A stretch of 64,000 bases of DNA from Octopus vulgaris. Taxonomy: Eukaryota. Of the stretch, positions 26,154 to 36,885 are shown piece after piece. The notes beneath the pieces were generated by a model. That model ran no database searches and was not told the DNA's origin. It worked only from the letters and a program-made list of their open reading frames with translations. Location of the stretch: positions 8,928,001 through 8,992,000 of the forward strand of contig OX597828.1 in NCBI GenBank assembly GCA_951406725.2, given 5' to 3'. How positions within the stretch are numbered: the stretch's first letter is position 1; each line of letters opens with the position of its first letter. The translations under genes were made by a program, and so were the position numbers.

Positions 26154-27228
26154 AAGTGTTTTGCTCAAGACGCAACATGCCGCCAGAAATCGATCTCATG
26201 ACCTTACGATCGTGTGTGGAATACCCTAACCACTAAGCCACGCGCCTCTACACATACGTATGTATCAGCATGTTCAGTTACAAGAGGAGTAGTATTATAT
26301 ATATTACAGTCTGTATAGCTCTACAGCCAGCAGAAATATATTGTATTTCAATGAAGATTATTATTTGTAATGTTATAAAACATTTACTGCTCATGACCTA
26401 CATGAACTTCACTTTTATTGTAATATTTTTCCATCCGTTAATCTTCAAAAGACAAGTGTTTCTGCTTTGCCATATAATGGTGGAGTATTTTTAGTTAGCA
26501 ACTATGACAACAACGTCATATTTGATCTATTGACCATTGTTTTGACCCCTTGATACTTAAACAACAAGCAAAGTCTGTCTCCTTTACTACCGTGGTGATT
26601 TCATATTCAATATTTAACCATATAATCAGTCTGTTTTACTTAGGTTATTGTTTGCGATTAGCTGGAACTCGACGCATTGCTTTCTTTGTAATGGTGTCCC
26701 AATTTGTGTAATCTGACCAAAATTTACATTGCGCCTCATTCTTTTTGTAACAACAAAATAAATACCAGTTGTATTATAAGGTAAACTTCGTTGAAATTAT
26801 ATTATTTTAGAATAAATGTTTATGCAAACAAACTTAACAAAGACGCTCTCAAAGCTAAACGTCTAAATGTATTCAGAGATACGAAGGACTACGGTATGTC
26901 TAAGCTATGTGTTAGGTACAACACGTATCTACATTTGTCCCTTGCTTTCGAAATAGAAACGAATTTTTCATTAATGCCGAGCTTGTAAATTCAATAAATA
27001 TTTTAATGTTAATTTATTGAAATTTTCTCCCCTTCCTTGTTGAGTGTCGATAACAATCAGAGTTACACTTTCTTTATCATTTATCTGTCCATGATGGAAA
27101 TTTTAATATAGTTAAGAATATATATGGAAACGCATGTGCGGGAGAGTGGGTATATTTACACACACATTACGAGACATACATATAATACATACACCTATGC
27201 TTATATAAACGCGCTCAAAACACACAAA

Positions 27229-27260
<32 letters not shown>

Positions 27261-27344
27261 TACGGCATAAAAGAGCAGTACATAGTATAATGTTATCAGA
27301 GACGTACTCCTTCGAATCCAGAGGTAGAAAAATATATAACATAA

Positions 27345-27548
27345 GTGACGGAAGAGCCCTTAGCCTGGACCGCCGGCAGGAGCTGGCCTTCGCGAGTGAC
27401 TGCGAAGGTCATATCGGAGGTCAACATGCCCATGGTGTTGGGCTACTTTACGAAGGACTTGTTTATAGTCGATTTTTGGGACCCCGACCACGATCCGAAG
27501 CAGTACCTAGGGGCAGCTTACAGCCTGTTCGGGGGCGAAGAAGAATAG
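27345..27548 (+). pseudogene. unidentified GC3-rich coding remnant
   Basis: GC/CpG-rich island in AT-rich DNA. Frame VTEEPLAWTAGRSWPSRVTAKVISEVNMPMVLGYFTKDLFIVDFWDPDHDPKQYLGAAYSLFGGEEE* has mostly G/C third positions. Family not recognised. Confidence 0.4.
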
Positions 27549-27801
27549 GCTTCGCGCCGAAATATGTAAATTTGTAATGATTAATATTGTTGTCATTTTA
27601 GACGGATTGTAAGAGGCCATTGCCTCATGTAATGATTTGTTAAAGAACAATGTTATAGAGAAGCAGAGGGTCGGCGGGCGCTGTCTGTCTTCTCTCATCT
27701 TTATCATCCTTGTATCAATATCATTCATTTCATTAATGTCTTGTCCAGCCCGCAAAGCTACCTAATCTATGTACTGTCTTCATGACAAATTTAATGAATT
27801 A

Positions 27802-27925
27802 AAGTAGCTTGATTTCGAACCTCATGGTGGCACCTTGGGCAGGTGTTTTCTACTATAGCCTCGGGCCGACCAAAGCCTTGTGAGTGGATTTGGCAGACGG
27901 AAACTGAAAGAAGCCCGTCGTATAC

Positions 27926-27975
<50 letters not shown>

Positions 27976-28197
27976 ACGTGTGTGTATATGTTTGTGTGTC
28001 TGTGTTTGTCCTCCCAACATCGCTTGACAAGCAATGCTTGTGTGCGTACGTCCCCGTAACATAGCGGTTCGCCAAAAAGACCGATATAATAAGTACTAGG
28101 ATTATAAAGTTAAGTCCTGAGGTCGATTTGCTCGACTAAAGGCGGGGCTCCAGCGTGGCCACAGTAAAATGATTGAAACAAGTAAAAGAAAAAAGAA
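27802..28197 (+). mobile_element. SINE family A copy (head partly deleted)
   Basis: GGCACCTTGGGCAGGTG...GGAAACTGAAAGAAGCCCGTCG-(TA)n and the family A tail. Confidence 0.85.
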
Positions 28198-28439
28198 TAA
28201 TCATAATACTTTCTGTATTTTATAGAACGTCAGTAGAGAAGTAGAAGATAGCGAGAAAAATAACAGAATCAAAGAGTAAACTAAAAAGAATTCCTTGCAA
28301 AAAGAAAAACCAATGAAGTGAAAAAGAAAAAAAACTGATTTGTTTCTTTAGAATCGCTCGCATTCAACAGATGTCAATCAGGCATCTTACCCTGATTACT
28401 AGGAACGCGGATCGCTTCCCATATTTGTTCTTCCGTCTA

Positions 28440-28590
28440 CAAGAACTTACCCAGAACTAGGCACGTTCTATCGAACCATGCTCGGCGTTCTCCTCTATCT
28501 TCAGCAGATTTAGTAGAGGGCAGTAGTTTCCTGTTCATGTCCACGTTCTTGAAGTGGTACATGAAGGTTATGAGGCTTTGGCTAAAGGGG
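28440..28590 (-). pseudogene. possible decayed L1/Tx1-type ORF2 C-terminus
   Basis: Minus translation FSQSLITFMYHFKNVDMNRKLLPS... loosely resembles Tx1-type ORF2 ends (QSLxxFFxYHxK...ER...W). Degenerate. Confidence 0.25.
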
Positions 28591-28842
28591 AAAATAATTT
28601 TTTAATGTCTTTTCAATCTTTTACGCTATGAATTTGGCTGTTGCATCAGAGAATTATCAAGAACCACATATGTCAACAATTCTCAAACATCTAACAAGAG
28701 ATTACAAAATAATGTCATCCCTCTGCCCGTATCTGGAGTAATAGATAAGACAATTAATACTAATTTCGTTTTTATTTCAGGCTCAGGAAGAAGGGATTGG
28801 CCCTAGACATTTAAAGGCTGAGATAGTGGATTTTGAAGCCGA

Positions 28843-29114
28843 GGGCATATGGCATTCTCGTTAAAAGCGCGGGATACTAACACCAAGATTCCGAGTTCGA
28901 TTCTAGGCAGCGACTTGAATAATGATAATAATAACAACAACAACAACAACATCGAAAAATACCTTAGGAATGAGATCCCCAAGAAACCTGATGAAGATTG
29001 GAGGCTATATCAGCCGAGACGTTGTATTAACAACAAACAAGATGAGGACAAATATCCGTCAAATGTAAATAATATAAATAATGTACATAATTCTACATTT
29101 CTTAAATATAGAAC
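28843..29114 (+). mobile_element. PLE terminal repeat copy 2, starting exactly at the tRNA-like head
   Basis: GGGCATATGG...GTTCGATTCT, (AAT/AAC)n, CTGATGA (28988)...CAGCCGAGACGTTGT. Confidence 0.8.
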
Positions 29115-29823
29115 GCTAATATTATGTTTCAACACCGGAAAGTCAATATCTGCTCAAAAGATATGGAAAACGAGAATATTCCAGAGGGCTGATGCGTTGT
29201 GGAGGAAAGACTGTTGAAGAAGAACTGTAAGAGAGCTAGCATCTTAGTTATTAGAGGAAAAAGATTGCATATCGTCTCTGATCAAGTAGAATTGTATAGA
29301 CTGGGGTAATCGTCTACTTCATATTCTTTCATCGACGCTAAATTAAAGGCAAATGAAGCTTCAACGTAAATTTAAGCTATAATATAAGGGACCATTTTGT
29401 AATCAAAAGGCGGTGCAAAAAAATTCGGCAGGCGCAGCAAAATGTCCTCTCACTCAGATAATGGGAAATAATTCTCTTCTAAACACTGGTGTATGTTTGA
29501 TTCCGTGGGCAAGTAGTTTGCTATTAACATATATCTATTATTCTTGAAGAAGATTTAGTTTTATCAGTGATGTAGCTGTTATTTCTGGACGGTAGAGCGA
29601 AAAGAACATGCTTCATGCTTCTGTTCCTCTTTAATTTTAGTGATGGAAATAGCATAGACATGATGAACAAGACGTAATTTTTTTAAAACTAAAAACTAAA
29701 CATTACGGACTACTAGAGTCTTGAAGATATATCTCTCTCAAACACAAAATTGTATTCCATTGTATTGATCCCCAATGAAAACAGAAAAGATCAGGGATTG
29801 CATGGTTTCCCCAATGGATAACG

Positions 29824-30130
29824 TCGCATTTTTCAAGGCTAGCCAGGCTCATGGGCCCGGTTTCCCCGTTTCTGTGGCGTATGTGCACCCCCCCCCCAGC
29901 TGGATGAGACGCCAGTCCATCGCGGCATTACTCAAGAAACAGGAAGAGAGAGTTAGAGAAAGTTGTGGCGAAAGAATACAAAAGGGGTCGCCACCACCCC
30001 CTGCCGGAATCTCGTAGGAGCTTTTGGGTGTTTTCGCTCAATGAATACGCACAATGCCCGCCTGGGAATCGAAACCGCGATCCTCCCACCGGGGTTCCGC
30101 TGCCCTAACCACTGGTCCATTGCACCTCCA
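29824..30130 (-). mobile_element. SINE family B (tail type 2)
   Basis: Head homologous to the 6523 copy. Tail TTTCAAGGCTAGCCAGGCTCATGGGCCCG shared with the 30613 copy. Confidence 0.88.
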
Positions 30131-30612
30131 CGCCAATGGATAAGCGGGATCAATTTTAATCTGGGTAAATCAAGAGTGACGTGAACTTAAATTGCAGGGA
30201 AAAGAATAAAATGCCAGCAAAGAAAAGAGATTTTTTACTTATATTATGTTTATTATAGTTTATAACTGCGTTGTATAATACTTCACATTTGATATTACGT
30301 GTGACTAGATTGTTGTTAATGATCTTCTGTCAACATCAATGTCGCTGCCGCTGCTGCTGCTACTACTGCTGCTTAGTGTCCTGGTTAAGAAATAATACGA
30401 TCAAAGATTTTCTAACTAGATTCCACTTGTATATATCTATATATCATGAACTGCATTCTTCAATGTGATTTTCATTCTTTTAAAGTCAGTGCGTTATAAC
30501 ATGAGAAGTATTTAAGTGCTGTTTGAAGCAAGTGCATGATACTTAATGAGAGTAAACATAGACACACGTTCATAGATACATACGTACTTACTTACATACA
30601 TTTTTTTCTCTT

Positions 30613-30915
30613 TTCGCCCTTTTCAAGGCTAGCTAGGCTCATGGGCCCGTTTTCTCGGTGTCTGTGGCGTGTGTGTTCCCGCAGCTGGACGGGACGTCAG
30701 TCCATCGCAGCGTTACTCAAGAAACAGGAAGAGAGAGTGAGAGAAAGTTGTGGCGAAAGAGTACCACAGGGGTCATCACCGACCGCTGCCGGAAGCTCGT
30801 GGTACTCTTGGGTGTTTTCGCTCAATAAACACACACAACGCCCGGTCTGGGAATCGAAACCGCGATCCTCCGACCGTGAACGCGCTGCCCTAACCACTGG
30901 GCCATTGGGCCTCCA
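30613..30915 (-). mobile_element. SINE family B (tail type 2)
   Basis: Colinear with 29824-30130. Confidence 0.88.
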
Positions 30916-32390
30916 CATATACATACATACATACATACATCCATGCATACATACATACATATATAAATACATACATATAAAGACAAAAATAGTCACAATT
31001 ACATATATATACATACATGTCTGTACACACACACTCACACACACATACACATATACACACATACCTAATTCTATGCGTGGGTGAATGAGTGTTTGTGCAT
31101 AAACATACACGCTTAGTTTGTCTATACATCGTACGTAGAGATATAACATCCAGTCTGTTTTCCATCCAGTCCTTTCCTCTGTTTTGTGATTCTCATTATG
31201 TGACAATGTAATTCTCATTACATGTGCGTGTTTGCGCGTGCATGCGTGCTTATGCAGAAGTGTGTATATATTGTGCGTGTGCTTATGATTATTTTTCTGC
31301 ACGTCAGTTCCAACTAAGAAAGAAAAAATAAATCCCCGCTCCTGTTCTCCTTCCTCTATCTGTCTCTTTGTTTATTAATGTCGCAAAGTTATACAACTCT
31401 CAAGGCGACAATTTCTATATACTCGTGAAGCGATTGCGATGTCTCCCCGTTATATTTACCCTGTTATTATATCTTTAAAATGTAGTTTCAACCCATTATA
31501 CCTTTCTCCCAACCTACGTCATATAATTACTTCGCTTTACTTCACTTTCTTCACAACAATGACTGCCATGACGTCACCAGAACTGCAAATTTCATGTATT
31601 ACATCGTAAATACAACGCATCTGATTTTCTTTTGTAAATTTCCCTATTCCTGCGTGTTCCTTCCTTCATTCTTTCTCAACTCCCCTGTCTCCCGTTGATA
31701 TACACAGATTTGATCGCTTTCAATCCTACTCTCCTATTGACACCAAGTGTTTCGAACTGGAGTTGGGTGGGGTTTACATTATCAATCCATCTCTAGCTAT
31801 TGTTTGCTTATTTCACTGTTTATATTATTGTTTCTACTTCTTTACTTATTCGTTTTTGTTTCTTCGGCACATATCGTATTCTTTGGCTTGCATATATTTA
31901 CTTCATTTTGTCATCCATCAAGGTGAACTTTCCTTTGCTCCATAATATAGTTGAAGCAACGACCAAGTGAATAGAACTTATAATGCTTGTGTGGTCTTTG
32001 GTGGCAATTCCTGTGATTAATCTTCTGTCAAATATCGTCTTATTTTGCAATGCATAATACCGTCTTCTGCGTAGCGTTGACAGGTTTGAAATGCAGCCAA
32101 CGAACGTCACAAATGACCTCGAAATCTTGGCCTCCCTTACAGCTAACAATTTTGTCCCGTCCTCCGTGCACGTGCTTCAAGAAATGCAAACTCTATTGCG
32201 TGGAAATATTCGAGATACTACATTGAAAAGAAGTGAGACAGAAGTGGATGAAAGGTAGGAAGAAAGTGAAACTAAACGTAGAAAAAGAAAATGATAGAGT
32301 TAAGCACTCCCCCTCACCTTTCACAGTTAACTCTCAAGCGTATGTATGTATGTATGAATGCAGTTGTATCTGAGAGCGTGAGTGTGTGAG

Positions 32391-32429
<39 letters not shown>

Positions 32430-32760
32430 ATATATATATATTATATATATATATATATATTATATATATATATATATATATTATAATATACCGGAGTATA
32501 TTATAATATATAAATATATATGTATATATATATTATAATATAGTGTAGTATGTGTGTGTATATCTCTCTATGTTTGTGCGTAAGCATTTAAGCATGTATC
32601 AACATATATGTACATACATATAATATACATAAATGTGTGTATATATTGATATGAATTGATAAACGGTTTCGGGTGAGTGTGTAGGGTGACTGTGTTGGGG
32701 AGAGTGTTGGGGGTGTGGATGTATATGCTTGAGTATATAGAGAGGTATACAGCAAAAGTT

Positions 32761-32797
<37 letters not shown>

Positions 32798-33267
32798 AGG
32801 AAAGATAAAAATGAGAAGGGGAGAGAGAAATGAATATATGATAGACTAAATGAATAAATAAATGAATGAACAAGAGGTAGTGAGAGAGGAAGACATTGTA
32901 TTTGACAGATAAGATAAAAAAGAGATATTAAAACACGATACAATATCGTAGATTGGTGGGAAGGATAAAAGGAAGAGAAAGCTGATGAAAGCAGCAATCA
33001 GACAAACAGTTATGGGTGTGGGGGGCGGTGATATTCATATAGATAGATTTATATTTTATAAAGAGATATCCATATACTGAATATCTTATGTGATATTGAA
33101 TCTTTTCGTATGAATAACTTGCTTTCTCCTTCTTACGTACTTCTGTATGTTTATATCAATATCCATACCATTATATCGATATTAATCATGGACATCCATA
33201 TACATACATACAAACACACACACACACACGCATATAAATATATAAAACATACGTACACATAATACAA

Positions 33268-33320
<53 letters not shown>

Positions 33321-33366
33321 GATATATATAAATATATATACACATGTATATACATACACACACACA

Positions 33367-33405
<39 letters not shown>

Positions 33406-34069
33406 CCTTTGTTTATTGTAACTATATATATTTTCGATCATTTTTCTTTCATTCTGTTTATTCTTTTACATTCGCATCTCTATCCATTATTGTATCTATC
33501 TATATATCTATCTGTTTATCGATCTATCTATTTATCTATTTATCTATCTGTCTCTCTGTCTACCTATTTATCAACATATCTACCTACATACCTATATACC
33601 TACCTACGTATATATTTGTCCTTTCGTCTGTCTCCTTTTTCCGACCACATTTCCATCTCGCCGTCTGATCCCTCTTTCGAACTATCTATCCAACTACCTA
33701 ACTATTCATCTATCCACCAATCTACAAAACTATCCATTTTACCGTCTATCCCTTTATCTGTTCAGGTATCGATAGATTGAACGATGTAACTATCAACTTA
33801 TCTATATCAGTGTATCCGTCTAACCGTCTGTCTCTGTATCTCTCTGCCTCTCTCCGCCCTTTCCACTTCATATTGATAAATAACTAGATAGATGGAGACA
33901 TAGAAAAGGTAGAGTGATACGTAAAACAATTAATCAGGCATCTCGACTACTCATTCAACGATATATTCTCTTTTTAAATATGTATGCAGTGAAAAGAAGC
34001 AGTAATGCAATGATACATATTGAAAATATAGATTTAATATTCTTCTCATTCATCTATATGTTCTGTAAT

Positions 34070-34106
<37 letters not shown>

Positions 34107-34265
34107 GTATGTTCATGAATGTATATCTATATGTATATATGAGAAATAAAGGTAATATATATATATATATATCGGTGAAAGGATGTGGGTGTAGTTAAGT
34201 CAAGTCGCGGGCTTTGCAACAAACCGCGCAGGTTTTTCCGTAGTTAACATAAAAGCGTCAAAATA

Positions 34266-34335
34266 GGGCAGCGAGCTGCCAGAAGCGCTAGCATGTCGGG
34301 CGAAATGCTTAGCGTTATTTCGTCTACCGCTACAT
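34266..34335 (+). mobile_element. 5' fragment of SINE family D
   Basis: GGCAGCGAGCTGCCAGAAGCGCTAGCATGTCGGGCGAAATGCTTAGCG matches the family D head. Cut off by a TA tract. Confidence 0.75.
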
Positions 34336-34528
34336 ACATATATATATAAATTTATTTACATATGCATATATACATATGTATAAATATAATTAAAGGATAA
34401 AATTATTAAAAAGAAGCCATGTACGTCTAACCTGTATATATTGAGGTGGATCTTGTAGTGGATGGACTATTTGCTGTCTTTTTCGGCACATAGGCATAGC
34501 GGCTTCGTTACCCTTAATTATAATTATA

Positions 34529-34651
<123 letters not shown>

Positions 34652-35734
34652 CATACATGCATACATCCATATATACATGCATTTTTATGCATTGAATCGA
34701 CAAGTCTATCGTATAGCGTTATACACCACGTCTTCTTAATGTTGTAACTTTCAAAGCATGCCACCTTCCTGGTACTCAAAAAGGATTAATATTCCAAGAT
34801 GTGATAAATGCCAGGAGCCTATATTTTTCATAAATGCTTGAAAGATATCGTACAAAAATATTGTTTGGTTTTAAACAATTATTTGGCATATTCCTCATTT
34901 CAGCTATGCCTCTAAAGAACTTTAGTCTCGCATCTAAGTCTTCGCATATCTAAAGAATTTGTCATGAGGATCTGCTTAAATATTTGATAGACTTCCCGAG
35001 CAAATATTTTTCTTGTTAATGCTGATTATTCTATAGTCAAAACAGAGCATGCAAGCCTTATAATGAAAAGCTATCCAAAATTTCACCATGTATATCGTGT
35101 AAATTGACAAGCTGCTTCTCGAATTACGCTACCCAACGTGTCACACTTTCAAACGGCGAGATTTAATTTGAGGAATGATTTGCAGCTACATCGATCAAAT
35201 TTGGTCTCCAAATAGAAATACTCACTTGGTTTCGATTACGGTAATATTTGATAATCAGATTTAAATATCATCAGGCAATTAGTATTATAGATAACCGAGG
35301 ATCTCGAACAATGAAAATGGGTAGGGAGCGAAGTTAACTGCATGTTTTTATTTTCTCAATAATATTGTCTAAATAAAAGGATTATATAATGATAGATCCA
35401 ATATAACATTAAAGGATTGTGAATAATTCATGTTAATATCAACAGTTACAGCCAGACTGCTCAATTGTCTGCCTGTATTTTTATTGATCAATATATTTTG
35501 TAATATGAATTTTCTTTTTGAATGATCTATCACATACAGCAAACTTCCGTATAAAGCGATGGATTCACCATGTGAAAGAAAGTGATCTTTCTTTAATGCA
35601 GCTTTCATCAGAGCCGAGTTTTGGTAGTTTTCTATAGCTAGGAGGAGATACTGATAGTTTCCTTAATTCAGCTCAGCGTTCCCTGCAAAGATACTGACAC
35701 TTTCAAATGCGCATCCCACCGCCTTGGTATACCT

Positions 35735-35966
35735 ATTTCTTTACTATCCACAAGGGGCTACACACTGAAGGGACAAACAAGGACAAACAAACGGATTAAG
35801 TCGATTACATCGACCTCAGTGCGTAACTGGTACTTATTTAATCGACCCTGAAAGGATGAAAGGCAAAGTCGACCTCGGCGGAATTTGAACTCAGAACGTA
35901 ACGCCAGAAGAAATACGGCTACGCATTTCGCCCGGCGTGCTAACGTTTCTGCCAGCTCGCCGCCTT
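35735..35966 (-). mobile_element. full-length SINE family D with 16-bp TSD
   Basis: TSD CCGCCTTGGTATACCT at 35719-35734 and 35967-35982. Confidence 0.92.
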
Positions 35967-36291
35967 CCGCCTTGGTATACCTTTAATGACTGATAATCTT
36001 CGCCTGCAATGTGGATTAATAATGCTGATGCTAAGCATGAAAGATACTATGGCGGTGGTTCACACAACAAGCGCCTCTACTACGATGAATTACCGACATT
36101 TCCGTATTCTCCTCGCTTTTGATAATACGTAGTTGTTTTAGCACAGGAAATAACACGTAGAGTTCTTCCATCACTTATAAGGCGGTCTTTTCCTTTGCAG
36201 TTGTTTTTAAAGTGGTGGTGAGGGGGACGTAACAAAAATTGTTGGGGAATATGAACTGGGATGCATAGATCTCGAAGTATGTACAAAAGAC

Positions 36292-36574
36292 CTGTGCATT
36301 ATTTACATTAATTACATTTGACGGATATTTGTTTGTTGTTAGCACAACTTTTCGGCTGATATACCCTCCAGCCTTCATTAGGTGTCTTGGAATATTCTAA
36401 ACTCTATTCTCATTCCTAAGATATTTTTCGATGTTGTTGTTGTTATTATTATTATTCGGGTCACTCAGAATCTTGTGGTTAGTAGCCCGTGGTCTTAACT
36501 ACTACGCCATATGACAGTGGGCAATTTGGAGTGAATTTTCGGGGCTTAAAAAGCTAAAATTTTCCTATCCTTCC
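36292..36574 (-). mobile_element. PLE terminal repeat copy 3 (inverted), including last codons of EN ORF
   Basis: Minus strand GGAAGGATAGGAAAATTTTAG matches the end of the 3361-3510 ORF, then a tRNA-like head and an HHR-like GACAC-CTAATGA-A-GGCTG...CAGCC-GAAAA-GTT-GTGCT. Confidence 0.8.
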
Positions 36575-36599
36575 GAGTTCCATTCCAGGCTGTGACCTG

Positions 36600-36694
<95 letters not shown>

Positions 36695-36885
36695 CAACAA
36701 CAACAACATCGAAAAATACCTTAGGAATGAGGACCCGGGTTTGAAATTTCTTTAAGACAACTGATGAAGGCTTGTGGGTATATCAGCCGAAACGTTGTGT
36801 CAACCAGAAAGAAGATGAGGGCAAATGTCCATCAAATGTAAATAAGGTAAATACTGTGCATAATGCCTCTTCTCTTAAATATAAA
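36571..36885 (+). mobile_element. PLE terminal repeat copy 4 with expanded (AAT)n
   Basis: Begins at the B box. Colinear with copy 2 up to CTTAAATATA. Confidence 0.8.
36756..36801 (+). ncRNA. minimal type I hammerhead ribozyme motif
   Basis: GACAA-CTGATGA-A-GGCT[loop]AGCC-GAAAC-GTT-GTGTC: intact CUGAUGA/GAAA core, 4-bp stem II, palindromic ACGU stem III, stem I GACA/TGTC. Confidence 0.75.

Noticed and set aside
30536-31302. 182-aa and 201-aa ORFs
   Set aside because: Read through a family B SINE and microsatellites. Similar peptides appear at other SINE copies.
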